A DNA stretch of 58,846 bases, the filler included, from Sphacelaria rigidula (Eukaryota), in NCBI GenBank assembly GCA_964200075.2. It is 10 parts of 10 records of this genome, joined end to end, with 100 filler letters (N's around TTAATTAATTAA, not from the genome) between each part and the next. Parts side by side here need not be neighbours in the genome. Positions count along the whole stretch, not along the records: positions 35,371 to 41,164 come from CAXNAA020024414.1; positions 41,265 to 47,058 come from CAXNAA020024415.1; positions 47,159 to 52,952 come from CAXNAA020024416.1; 7 more parts are not named here. One strand, 5' to 3'. The number at the start of each line of letters is the position of its first letter. The first letter of the stretch is position 1. Positions 36,977 to 50,099 of this stretch are shown piece by piece. Both the position numbers and the translations under genes were made by a program. The notes under the pieces were generated by a model. That model had not been told where the DNA came from, searched no databases, and saw only the letters and a program-made list of their open reading frames with translations.

Positions 36977-38605
36977 CGTTGCTGCTCATCAGCTGAGCAC
37001 GTTGTGCGTGACCTTGCCCATTTCCAATCAGAACGCAATGAGACACGATATTTCGTGAGAGACCCGCGCACAGCACACACACAAGGGTCAGCACCGGTCG
37101 ACATGATGCTGATTCACATTTGAAAAAGAAGGCAAACACAGTAGCATCCAGCAACTTACGATGAAAACAAGCGCATGGCGGAAGAGAGCTGACAGCAACA
37201 GCAGCAGCAACAATAGCAGCAACAGCAGCAGCAGCAGCATAGAGGCAGAAACAAACGTACAGCTCAAACGATGCGACATGCGTGCAAGATCAAAACACGC
37301 CCGAGATGCGCCAGCCCTGCCCCGAGAAGTAGACTGGGTTCAGTGGAGAGCGACGGCAAGCTGACTGTTTCATGCCGTTAGCATGAAGCAAGGCAGTATC
37401 ACGCCAAAAAAAAAGCAAGTCAACTGCCAAGATTCCCGCATACAAAAATCATACGCACCTCATGTATCTTTCGATGGTTCAACAGGGTTTAGTACTCCAT
37501 TTTCAGTACAAATCAAGGCTTATTTTGCTTGTGGATTTCTCCGCCGTGCCTGTTCTTACCAGCCTGAAACTTGGCACAGAGGTAGACCACAACACAGACA
37601 GTATATTCCCGGAGCGGCGGCACGTTTTACGTGGTGCGCTAGACGCACGAAGCAAAATACGGATTTGGGGCAATGCCATCGATACGCCCTCAAAACGCAG
37701 TCCCCTCGGCCCACACTGCGTGAGACGTCAGTGAATGCATATGTTGACAAGAAGATACGCTCACTTCCTGCTGGGTGGCTCCTGCCCCGGCAAAGAAACA
37801 CATCGATCCGTATTGCGCACACTCTGGATGATGTCATTCTACACGGTACCTATCTTGGTATCGCCTGTGGAGGTGCTCACTTCAGGAGACACGGCAGTGC
37901 AAGCGCTGTTAGTGCTTTTACGTGCTGAAACTTCGACCACATGTCATGTAGACAACAGACAACAACCTCATCTTGCTGAATCCGGGGTTATGCGGTGTGT
38001 GCGTGCGTATTGGGGCGAAAAGATGTCGGATTATGTTCCATTTTTTTTCCCCTTTTGGCGTAAGACTGAAGGTGTGTGTCAAGTGGATATGCCTATTCCA
38101 TTTCAAAGTAATAATGGTGCCAATTCCACAAATGAATATTGTTGCCTCGCTCTATAGCCCGAAGAGGAACATAGATGTCCCGTTGACAGCGGCACATGCA
38201 CAGGCTTGGTACACAACCCAACACAAGCAGAGATGAATCTCATGCACCCATCACCTGCGCAAATAAAAAACACACAGCTAGAGCCGTGGCTGCTCATCAG
38301 CTGAGCACGACGTGCGTCTTTAATGATCAAGTATGTTTTGTGTGAGACAGATACACCCACAGCACACGCAAAGTGCTAGCACCCGTTGACATAATGCCGA
38401 TTCAAAGTTGAAAAAGGGGGTGAAACGCTCATGATGAAAAACAAGCGCATGGCGGAGAGTAGCAGCAGCAGCTGAAGCAGCAGTACGGACACAGCCGAAG
38501 CGTCGCGTGCAATTCCTACCCCCAGAGGTAGTAGAGTGTGTTCAATGTAGATCAATTGCATGCCGACGGTTTCACCATGTAAGTGAAGCAAGGTACTTAT
38601 GCGCT
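36977..38605. repeat. Diverged local direct duplication (~36977-37405 vs ~38285-38605)
   Basis: Shared ordered blocks gctgctcatcagctgagcacg, cagcacac, aaaacaagcgcatggcgga, a (CAG)n tract and tgaagcaagg. Confidence 0.7.
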
Positions 38606-39944
38606 GACCGTTGGTGTTTCTGAGAGCTTCTTCAGCAGATGATGGGGCGATACAGAAGATCCGGAAGCAGAGTAGTTTCACCAAGTGTTGACCGCGACCC
38701 ACAAGGCTTATATACATAGGTCTCGCAATGGATGAGGTGCTCATCGACCCGAGAAAGGAGACCGTGAGAAGATTTTGACCCGAGGTGAGTTCACCGAAGA
38801 CCTAAGAGGAGAGAATTTTCACGAGGTTCAAGACCGGCCCACAACGTACGATGTACCGTTCGACCCGAGAAATGAAAAAGAGGTGATGTATCCGACGGAA
38901 ATGGCACGAGGTGGGGAGATGTCTCAGGCATGATGCCGATGTTGCCGACTCAAGTGAAAATGATGCCGATTCAAATCTGGGTTCAAACATGAAAGGCTGG
39001 GGAAACTGTTGCGTCTGACCACCGCCTGTGACGAGAACAAAAAAACGCTGCAGAAGCTGAACAGAAAGGAAGAGACATGCGTGCGAGATCATGACACGCT
39101 CGACATGTTCAAATCGTGCTCCGAGAGTATAATGTGTTCAGTCGAGAGCGATGGCACGCTGGTCGTATGGCACCGTTATCTCGTTTCGTCCGATTTTCTC
39201 GAACAAACATGATCAAATGCACATGATACCGATTCCACATGTAGGGACGTCACGCCCTGATGCCCATGCAATCGAAGGTTCCGCTGAGAGGTGCACACAG
39301 GAAAAAGCATCGCAACGCCACAACGTCCGTGCAGAACACAGCGCGGAAAGCAAATGGTACTACTCCAAACCCTAGCAGAAACAAAACTCACCCTAATGTA
39401 AGTGAAATGTTAAAGGAAGGGATCACCGAAACATAATATGTTCTCAAGCGAAGACGACGTTCCGGCTTCAGAGAGCTTCCAAGAACAAGACGACACCCGA
39501 AGAGACGTACTCTAAAACCAAGTCAAGACGAAATGATGGCCTCTCAGACGTCGACAGCACAATGACACCTGTCTGCAGGGAAGACTTGAGAGGTAGGTGG
39601 TGACTGATTTAATTGATACGAGGTGTTCTGCAGTTCCCGCCACCACCCAAATCGAGCGATTCCAAGGCACAGGACAATGTGGAGTGTTCGGCGCTAAAAA
39701 TGTGATTTGGGGTTGATTTAGAAACTTTGAGAACAATCGGCCTTTAGCAAAAGGATTAACCCTTGGGTGTCAGCTGGCGATTGCATGCGCGACTTTGCCG
39801 TTCGGGTTGTTCGTAGTTCATCATTAAACTGCGTAGAATGCACTCGTCACTATTCCTTAAACATCGTCCACGAAAATATGTCGCAGAATGTAAAGAACCT
39901 AACCGCACAGAACTAATCATCAACCCATGCAGGAGAGAGACAAG

Positions 39945-40885
39945 GGGACAGCCACACCACGGGCACAGAGCGGTAAAATGATTCGAAGTTTGAAGGGGAA
40001 GAGAGAAGTGCTAGTAGAGCACTACCGTAAACTAGAAACACCAAACACTAACAAGAACTTGGACATGAAATTCGAGAAAAACCAATGTGTGGGCAGAGAC
40101 AAATGTAGAGGTGTCAAAACGGGAGGATGGTGGCTGCATAGAATTGCAGAGAGAGTTTACCAGAGATGAAGTAGAGGGGTGTGTAGCTAAAGTCAAGAAC
40201 ATAAAGGCAGCAGGGGCAGATGAAACAGTATGAATTGCGAAAGTACGGGGAAGAGGAAATGATTATTATCATGGTTATGCTGTATAACTGGATCTGGAAA
40301 AACGAGTACACCGAAGAGGTGGAGAGAAGGAGTATTAGTAAACCTATTGAAGGAAGGAGACAAGAATGACCCAGGGAACTGCAGAGGGATAACGCTACTG
40401 AGCACCGTAGGGAAAACATTCCGGAAGATTCTGAACGACAGAGTGGGAACGATGCTAGAAAAAAAAGGGGGGGGGAGGGGCAAGCAGGTTGTAGACCTAA
40501 CAGTAGTTGCGTAGACCATGCGTACACACTAGGTAAGATTATTCAAGGTAAGAAAGAAGCCAGGCTGACGAAGTACTGTTTCTTTCTGGACATGAAAAAG
40601 GCCGATGACTGTGTATGGAGAAACGAGCTGTGGGAAATGATGTGGGAAGCTGGGATTAGAGGAGCAATGTGGAAAACGGTGAAGATGATAAAATTTGCCA
40701 AAAGTGCTATGATCCTAGACGGGGAAATATCGAAATATTTTTATATTTCACAAGGAGTTGCACAAGGATGTGCGTCATCACCCACTTTGTTCAAGGTATT
40801 CATTAATGACTTGATAATAGGAATAGAAGCAGCAAAGCAAGGAGTCAAGGCAGGGAAAGGTATGGCATCAGGATTGATGTTCGCC
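39945..40885 (+). mobile_element. Non-LTR retrotransposon (LINE, RTE/RTEX-like) reverse transcriptase pseudogene
   Basis: Frameshifted motifs KAAGAD, KEGDKNDPGNCRGITLLSTVGKTF, EGQAGCRP, FLDMKKADD, QGVAQGCASSPTLFKVFINDL and GLMFA; broken at the [F/Y]ADD motif by the module A repeat. Confidence 0.9.
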
Positions 40886-40888
40886 TTG

Positions 40889-41133
40889 AAAATGAAGGAA
40901 CCTACTCGAGGCTGTCATCCTTATGCAAGATACTTCGTACGCTTCGGGCCGAACAATCTTAGTAAGGTGCAGCTCACCCTTCAAACGACTCTCCGCACAC
41001 ATCACGGCGCTTCGCGCTTCGCGATCGCGAGCCTGGTTCGGCGAAAACCCAGCGTGCGCCGTCCCGGCTTTGTAGGGATGCAAGGTCAATGGTCTCACGA
41101 CTATGTCTTACTGGCTTACAGGATCATGAGTAC
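40889..41133 (-). repeat. Dispersed modular repeat, module A
   Basis: Reverse complement of 15553-15791 and 46654-46908. Confidence 0.8.
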
Positions 41134-41613
41134 CATTCCCCCCCCTCCCCTCTCCTCCCCCCCCNNNNNNNNNNNNNNNNNNNNNNNNNNNNNNNNNNNN
41201 NNNNNNNNTTAATTAATTAANNNNNNNNNNNNNNNNNNNNNNNNNNNNNNNNNNNNNNNNNNNNCCACTCTCTCCCTCCCTCCGCCCCTCCTCTCTCCCC
41301 TTTCGGGCGTCGTGGTGGATGGGTACCCCCCCCCCCCCCCCCCCCCCTCCCCCCTTCCCTGACGTTAAGACCATGCTACGTGTGGTGATGTGTGGGTGTG
41401 GGGGGACGCCATCATATGTTGGGCGGTGTAATTTTTGCACTGAATTCTGAACAGCGCTGTTTACCGTCGGTGAAGTTACGTGCTGGCACCTCGACTTGAT
41501 GGAGTTGCAAAACAGCTTTGCTCGCATCCTCGGGAGGCACTCAACGACGCTTTTGACAGGTTTACCGCAAATGCTCGACGTATCCTGTGCTACTGTCGGT
41601 TCTCACAAAACAG

Positions 41614-44130
41614 GACGCTAACGGAGTTTCGGGAGAGCCCACAGATGCAGCGGTGGAGGCTGGTGCTGCTACGGAAGACAACGTGAGAAAGGAACAACCT
41701 CATTTTTTTTTACTTCAGTCCCTGAAAACCTCTTGAATTGTTCTGTGCTCCGGTTACTGTAAAGGTTGAGATTTTACTCGTTAATCCCTTGGGCGCCACA
41801 CCCCATCAGATGGACCCTCTACGTGAACCACCGCGTAAATTTGGGAAATGAATGATTTCGGTGAACAGCGTTTTCATGGCTCGGACCACGGAGTAGACGG
41901 TATGTTGTCGCTGGGCGCGTTTCTTGCAGGATAAAAGAGGAACTGCTCAGCCGTGATGTCGGGGTTACCGGTATTAAACGTCATTATGATACATGATTTT
42001 TTCTTTTTTTTCCCTCACACTTCGAATCATCGATTTTTTGTTTTGAAATGGGCTTTCTCTCAAATGGTTGAGACGCCAATGCTCGTTTTTTCAAGCAAGA
42101 CTGGCCAAAGAAATCGGGCTCAGTTGTTGGTATTGTACTGATTCCTGCGTATTGAGGTATAGCACGTTCCTGTTCTATGATACTGCAATGTTGGTGATTG
42201 TTCGATGTTGGACCATGTAACTGTGACTGCTGCTTCCTCCAGTGGCTTCCGTCGGTTTGGCTAGATGATCAATTGGCTCGCCATGGCAACCCGATAGTAG
42301 TATGTGATTATGTGCCGTCTTTCGCCTACACGTGCGTACGTGATGACACGTTTCGTGTTTAGCGTGCGGTTTCCAACTGCGGTATGATCTCCACCACACT
42401 ACTGCAACGAACGAAACATTCCCTCCCAACATGAAATGCATTCCGTTACCGATACAACCCACGTAATCAAGAGTCAATCTTAGAGATTCAACCTCCCCGC
42501 CCCCCCACCACGGCGTACGACGCAGACGGAGTTGGCAGCAGCTGACTCGAACGATGCGTCAGGCCCGCCTACGGGTACCGCGGCGGAGGCGGCCAGACTG
42601 GCGAAGCGCATCGAGAGATTCGGACGCATCGCTCCCACGAGGGAGGATGAAGCCGCGGAGAAGCTGGCAAAGCGCAGGGCTAAGTTCGGTCTGCCGGATC
42701 CGGTGAGCGAGGGTTTGGTGCTGATTCTGGACGGATCACTACGAGCACCTCGCGTGAGGATGTTGTTGCATGGGTATTCTATGCATATGTGCCATGTAGA
42801 CGTCCGCTTGATATGTGACTTTGCGAGTTCGAGGATGAGGATAAGGATGACTTCGAGGGTTTAATGATGATGTGGTGGTCGGGACATCGAGGAGAAGGAT
42901 GATGGATCTGTTGAGTGTCTAGATTGGAACCTTTGCTGCCCCCTGGCATTGTGTGTAGTGGATGCGGGGATGATATAAGATGAGTTTACACTGTAATCAA
43001 GGCCGGCACTTCGCTACTTGTATCCGTGCCGCGTCTCACATCGTCCTACAACCGCATCTGTTGCAGGCAACCGGTGCCGGCGGCACAACAGGCAACAAGA
43101 GGTTGATGGACCCAGAGGAAGAAGCCAAGAGGAAGAAGCGCATGGAGCGATTCGGTATCGTGGACCAGAAGGCGGAGGCAGCATCAAGGGCCGAAGTGGA
43201 GGTGCGTGAACACCGGGGGGTCTTGAGTGTGCATTTCTGTGTCCCATATGTACAGGGCAAAGTAGGGATGTATGCAACGCAGGAGCTCCATCGTGACCCG
43301 TCTAGTAGTCTGGTTCATTCGTTTCTTCTCGTGCTTCTGCTTGTTTCTGTGTGTGTGTGTGTCAGCGCTGTGCTTGTCCACGCGTGCGTCCGCATATACG
43401 GGTGTCCATGTCCCCAATGTCGTAGTCCCGTAGCTTGGATTTCGACAGCGTTTTGTAGCTGGAGGCGTATGATTTGCCGTGCATTCTCAGAGAGAGGAGG
43501 CAGCATGTCAAGCGGTGTCTAGATTACTCATCTTATCAGTGAATTCAGTGCGCCGACCATTTTCGTGCCCGACATGCGTGTCATGCCACCCCCCCCCCGT
43601 TGATGACGGCTTTGTGGGTCATTTTTGCAACAAGAGTTCCCCTGATGTTGTCCCCGCTCCCGTGCATTCGATTTCGATCGATTTAGGGTAAAACCATGAT
43701 TATAATCCACACTCGCGCGTGCACATACATGACACAGGCGGCCAAGAGAGCTGCACGCCAGGAGAAATTCGGATTCGTCAACCCAGTCGCCGAGAAAAAA
43801 GCGCTCACGGAGCAACTCACCGCGGAACAGGCCGTCAAAAAGGCACAGCGCATCGCGCGCTTCGGCGAAATATCCACTCCGCGGACAAACGATCCTGCTG
43901 CTCCTTCTTCAACCGTGTCAAAGGGGAAGCCTGAAGGAGGCGGCGGCGGCGGCAGGGGGGGAAGGGGGAACAGACGAGCCGGGGGTAAGGGGAAGGGCGG
44001 CGGGAGGGGAGGAGGACGGGGAAATAACCAGGGGGGGCAACAGCAGGGTAAGAGGGGGCAGAGCGGAGGTGGGGGCGGCGGGGGTGGCGCAACGGCAATG
44101 CTCGTGGGAGGATTGAAGGCTTCGCGGTGA
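41614..44130 (+). CDS. SARNP: SARNP/Tho1/MOS11-like mRNA-export factor, 3' four exons
   Basis: Phase-0 exons 41614-41682, 42526-42702, 43067-43201 and 43738-44130 (TGA). Five R..[R/K]FG repeats (KRIERFG, KRRAKFG, KRMERFG, ARQEKFG, QRIARFG) typical of the Tho1_MOS11_C region; Gly/Arg-rich tail. N-terminus not in the contig. Confidence 0.75.
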
Positions 44131-46653
44131 TTGATTCTTGGAGCAGGGATGAACATAGGATCAGAGCAAGCAGAGGTTTTTCCAGCTCGTGTAAAGAGTG
44201 TTCCTCCGCAGTTGTAAAGGAATTGTAGCAAATCAGGGCCGGCGGTTTTCGATATCGTTGTTGATGAGTGGCGCGGCGACGCGTGCATGGGCGTGTGCGT
44301 GCGTGCGCTTGTGGGCGTGCCCGGTGCTGGTAGTGGTGGTAATGGTGGCGTTGAGAGTGATACTCCTCTCATCTTGGCCTTTTCTTCTAGTGGTGTCCTC
44401 TCACGGCCGTCGACTGTACGCGACAACATGAAGAATTTCATGAAGTGTAGATGGGGTGCGACGGAATTGGCTCTAAGCAGTGGCCTGGTGGGCTAGTTGT
44501 GTCAGCACTTGGCTGTTTCGGCGGCATTCGTGTCAGTCGGTCTTGTACACCTCACTGCAGTAGCTGCAGCACGTGGTGGTCAACTGCAGTGATAAGACGC
44601 CGAAGGAACGCATGCGCTACATGCTGTAAGCCAGTGGGGTATGAAAGTGCTAGCCGCCTCGTGAGGTGAAAGTTAGTGGGCATGGTGTTGCGTTGGCTCT
44701 AACTCAGGTATGCTTGCTTTTGGCGTCGATTGGAATGGTGGGACCTACTGACGGTGCTGGGCTGTTGATGTGACAGCTGCTCGTATGAAACTGATGAGTT
44801 AGCCCCTACTGTGTTTCGGAGTGTTGTCTATGTTGGTGACGAACGATGAAAACACAGTTGTTCGTTTCGTTTCTCAGACGCTTCGTACTCCTCCTATGAT
44901 CCGTGATTTTGTTGTCGACTGTTCATTCAGACGATGGGGCTTTCGCCGTTGCTTGACTGCAGTTGTGTACTCTCTGCGTTTGACGTTTTTAAGAAACGAG
45001 CGGCATACCCTTATTTGCTGTGCGTACCTCGCAGTGTATTGTCAAAGTTAGCGCGACTAAAAGCACTAGCTGAAACATTTCTCATCAGTTAGGAGCGTCA
45101 TGCGAAGTTTTTACCTTCCAAGTACACTTCCTCGGTCCCATGAGTAGAATCGGTTTTGTTTACACGGGTCCTCAACCGTGTCCGATGCGTTAGGCGATAT
45201 GATAATGCTTTAGAAATATTTTTACGGCCTTTTGAGTCGTTTCTTTTTCGTGCATCGCTCAACGTGGGCGAACGGCCGGGAAAAAAAACAGTCGGCCTGC
45301 AAGTGGCCGCTCCTCGCCCCTGTTCCGGGAGGAGGGAACCGTTGAAAAAAAATGAAGGAAAGCAAAAGTTATTCGTCCTCGCCGCCACTGGAACTTAATA
45401 CTAGGCAGTCCGGGGGCTTAGTGAAGGCTTTGTTCCTTTCCTCGTTGTTTTCCTCCGTTCGATTCGTTTGTTCATTCCACGTTATTTTGTCAAACACGTT
45501 CTAAATATCTACTTCCTGGAAACACCTACATGTTGCTGCTTGCTGGTTGGCTTGGCTTTGTTTGGGCCCTGTCTCGTCGTCGACACGAAAAAAAAAGCGT
45601 AAAACGAAACAAGCGTTCAAGAGCAGCATGTTGATTGGTCACCGCGACACCCGACCCAACCAACGGAATGTCTTTAGATATCTTGTTTCGTTTCACGCTG
45701 CTTATCTTCGTCCTGATAAGACAGGATCTTTACGCTGGTGGTTGGACCATCCCCAACCAAACCATTCCTCACGACAACCTTGTACAAAATGTACAAAAGC
45801 GACAACAACGATTCACATCAAAGCTTGTGCGAATCGGTAATATCGGAAGAGAGACACGATCAGCGTTTCAGACAGCTGTTGCGCTGTTGCGACCCCGTAG
45901 CAATTTGATGGGAAATCTGAAAGAGCGCAACTCCCGCCATGTTTCTGTTGTAACTTGCCGCAACGAATATCTTGGAGCGCAAAATTTTTGCCGCTGGCGT
46001 GGCGAAAAGACCGTGAGGTATTTTCGCCTTAGTAGGCGAAAACATCATGGGATACGTTGTTTCATGCTGAGGGTGAGAAATTGGCCAAACGGCTGAATGG
46101 CCCTGAGAAGCACTCATCTTAGAGTGGTGATTTTTTCTGGTGAAAGTTGTGTAAAAATCCTTCAAAAATCCCCAAAACGGAAGTGCTGGCGAGGGATCAA
46201 AATGCCGTAACAATGGTCCAGTACTCTCTACGATAACCCCTCCCCCCCCCCAAACCAGCCCAAACCTGTCACGAAAAAATGGTCACACGGCACATGATGT
46301 TTGGTTCCAGGCTGCATTAAGCGCCTCATATGGGCGACATTGGCGAACACGAACCCGAGCGTGGCAATTCCCAGCTGCTCGTTGTGCTCGGCTTCCGTAA
46401 TTTCGATTTCCGTGCAGGTTTTGCCTCCTAAAACCAGCCACATCTTGTGGGGGGACTGTCGTAGAAAGTGTCGTCTGTGGCCTGTCTGAAATGCTGCTCA
46501 CGATTAGCCCGTGACAGTGGTATAGTGTGTGTGTAGAGTGTTTTGACAAAATAAATCACCACACCCTCCTTTGATTATGTTGTGTTCATTATTTATTTTT
46601 TTAAGTATTTTAATTATATATTTTTTTCCTTTACGTATCAGGAGGGTGTAATC

Positions 46654-46908
46654 CCGATCTTGCATGCCATAGTCATAAGACCGTTGACCTCGCATCCCTA
46701 CAAACAGCCGGGACGGAGCACGCCAGGCTTTCGCCGGACCAGGCTCGCAATCAATCACCAAGCGCGAAGCGCTGTCATGTATTCGACGAGTTGGATGAAG
46801 AGTGAGCTGCATCCTGCTAAGGTTGTTCGGTCCGAGGGTGTCGATTATAATAATATCTTCATCTTGCATGTCGATGACAGCCAGCCTCGAATGAGTTGCT
46901 CCATTTTG
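46654..46908 (+). repeat. Dispersed modular repeat, module A
   Basis: Homologous to 15553-15791. Confidence 0.8.
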
Positions 46909-47158
46909 CGGGGAACGGACGACGGGAAACCCCCCAAAATAGTTTCAGAGGGATCGGAGGGCATGGGGTCGTCTATGCGGACACTTTCTACGATAGCCCC
47001 CCCCCCCCCCAAAGTGCCCGGGTTTGGGCGGCAAAACCCTCCCCGAAAACGAAATGGGNNNNNNNNNNNNNNNNNNNNNNNNNNNNNNNNNNNNNNNNNN
47101 NNTTAATTAATTAANNNNNNNNNNNNNNNNNNNNNNNNNNNNNNNNNNNNNNNNNNNN

Positions 47159-48800
47159 CTCCGCACCGGAACTCTAGACCCTGGGCCTCCTCGGCCCCGT
47201 CCGTCCTCGGCCCCGTCAGTCCTCTCGAAGGCGCCGAAGAACCCGCTACTAAAAAATGAAGCAACGGGTTCGCTCGTTGGAGCGAACGGCCGAAGGGTGT
47301 CTGTTTCCGGGGGGAATTTGTGTTCTGGGTGCTTCTAAAGCATTGAAGGAGACGGCCGGAGGTTGCTCCCTTGCACCGGTGACTGGTGGGTGACCTGGCC
47401 ACTGCGCGAGCTTTGCTGCCAGCTGGTTGCGCCGTTGCGAGAAACGGCCCTGGGTTGTTGACATGTGGAAGATCCACCACTTGCCTCCTGTCCCCTTTTC
47501 CTTGTCTCCTCCTGTCAGTGCCTGGGCCGCCTTTCGAGCGGGGCAATTTCTTTGAACGTGGCCTCGCTTTCCGCGGCGGAAGCATGTCATGTGTTTTCTT
47601 TCGCTATCACCACTTCCACTGGCCTGTGTGGCGACCCTGCGGCCTGTGACCAGGTTGCTGGCAACTGGGCGTGAACGATTGTCGGTATACGTGGTGCTGA
47701 CCATGTATCGGAGATCCGCAAAACAAAAATCTCGCCTCTCGCAGCTAGCAATACGAACTCGTTTGTACTCGGCAGGCAGGCCTCGGAGGACAATGTCTTC
47801 GTATCGCTCGTCGGGTATAGATTGCCCCATTTTCTCTGGGCGGTCGCGGAAGCCGTCCATGATGTTGCAAAAATCTAGACGGTGCAGTCTATACTCATTG
47901 TGTTAGAATGAAGCCTTTGCAACAAAAGATAGCGGTATAATCTATTACGGTTCAACGAAACAACGAAGCATGTAAGGCCTTTTCATTAGCATCCTTTTCA
48001 CGGAGAGTACCTTTTTGTATCAATTTATTGAGCTTACCTGTTTGGATGACGCTTCGAGTAGCACATTGCTGGAGTAGGCGTGTTGCCATGATTTGTCCAT
48101 GAAAGATACTCTAGCAGAGTATTTAGGCCACGTAAGCTGGAACATATATTGTGTGCAAGTTTGCAGTTGATCCAAGCTAAAGAACTGACAAGGCTACCGC
48201 GTCACCAGTAGTAGCGGGATTGAAATGAATGATACGATCAGACCCTGCGTACGTGTAGAGTGTTCGATTCTTCTCCCAGGATTGAGTATGTTTGTAATCA
48301 GTGGTTCCAATCGCCCTTGCAATCACTCTCCCAAGTTTACCAAGCTTACCCAGCTCTTCTTCATTTCCTCAGCACTCCGCTTGCAAAAGAGAGTGCTTGA
48401 TTTTGTTCGGCCGAAGTGAAGAGCCCCGAACACCATTTTTGTCTTTGGACTTTCTGTCTGCTGTAGAAGCAAGTAGTTTGACCACTACTGTATAACCGCT
48501 GCTAAACAACTGTCTCTGCGACGATAGTCGGTCTGTTTCGAGAACAGTACCTAACACCACGAGCCACAAATATTCCAACACATGGCACACGAAAAATCAT
48601 CCGGATCATTTACGGACTGCATCATCGTAGTGAGAAGTTCTGAATGAAACTCTCTCCGTGCACCTTTGCTGTTGCCGGCATATTTGTCGTGCAGCGCTTC
48701 CCACGCTGCTTGTCCGTTACCGATCCCATCCTGTTGGGTGTGCCCCATATGACGTCTGACGGTATTGTTTGCGCATTTTTCCGTGCTGAAAAACAGTATT
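47159..48800 (-). mobile_element. Ty1/copia gag pseudogene interrupted by a solo LTR
   Basis: UBN2-type gag GNGQAAWEALHDKY...DPDDF continues after the insertion as MDGFRDR...YEDIVLRGLPAEY...; decayed knuckle CFRRGKRGHVQRNC. Confidence 0.8.
47863..48580. mobile_element. Solo LTR (718 bp) with 5-bp TSD
   Basis: TGTTG...CAACA termini; flanks CATGA (47858-47862) and CATGG (48581-48585). Removal restores the gag frame DDFSCA-M-DGFRD. Confidence 0.85.
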
Positions 48801-50099
48801 GTGGGGGGGGGCTTATACTGCGGGTATGTGCCACGAGGTAAAACCCGCACTATAGCGGGCACGCGCACTGCATAAAATTGGGCCTGAATAGTGCGCTTAC
48901 CCGCACTACTCGGGGCTCTCAAAACCCCCAACAGTGCAGGAAGGCGCACTGTTCACGATATCACTTGTTTGAAGCATAGAAAGCAGCCAACAGCAAGGTG
49001 TATGTACGCAAATAAGGTGTTGAATCCTGCGTCTGTTCGTGGTGAGAAGAGAACGGCATTTCATAACGGCGAATCCGCATCCTGACCGTGAGTAAAATGA
49101 TACGAGTAGTCGAGTACTGTACAGTACTTCGTTCACGACATCATGTTCGCACGCCGGGCGTACCAACTGGCTGCGTGTGCAAAGTCCCATGGTTGTTTCA
49201 GTCTGCTTTCGCACCCACTTGTTGACTACGAAAATAATCACAGGGATTCACAATATAATGCCAGCTACACACGAAACCTAAACCCGCCCAACGGAACGCC
49301 GTCATCATCACGACCCAGACACCTTCGGGAAAAAAACTCGGCAAGCAAGAAGGGTCCATCCCGAAAGTCCCTACTTCTCGCACACGCTACCTCTGTTGCT
49401 CCAAGAAAACGTCATCGAGGCCGGTCTGAATGCACGAAGACAAATGCGCCAACTCTCAACTACCCGGCTCATTTGCCACGCGCGGAAGTCAGGCACCCGC
49501 TAGACCGGGCAAAAAAAAGAAACGACAACAGTAACTTCTGTGCGTGCGGCAAAACGCAAATCGCTCGACGCGTCAGTGGACACTTACAGATAGGGTATTG
49601 AAATACAGGATGTTGCGGTTGGTCCCACGGCTGCGCATTTGAATAGTAGACGCGCAACCCCCCCCTTCGAAACGAAACCCGAAAAGGTCCGATCACTGAG
49701 TGTTTCGCCAGGTCACCCGTGGTGTTGGGCGCGCCGTTGTCAACTCACCTTTCATAACTAGATCACCCACCCGGACAAGCTGCTTTAGAGTGTAGACAGA
49801 AGATAGTTTTCAAGGTGCCGCTTGCGGGCAAGACAGTCCAAACAACCCACCGTGTTGAACAGTCAACTGAGAAGAGTAAGAAGGACCCGACTACTGCTAC
49901 GCTTCATATCAGGCCAAACTATCGTCAGCAGTACCGGCGATTCACACAGTGCCTCCATTCAAATTCAATTCTATACGAAGCGTTGACGAGAGTAGCCCCC
50001 ACAGCCTAATTTTCTGACACCCTGCAGGTTGGACACCTGGCGAGGTGTCGCAGGAATGGAAATATGTCACGATCAAGGTGGTGCAAGAAGACAAAGACA

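Noticed and set aside
37850..37925. Exon-like minus-strand segment (ARKSTNSACTAVSPEVST...)
   Set aside because: Splice-like borders but no similarity to the expected upstream VTE4 exon; unsupported.
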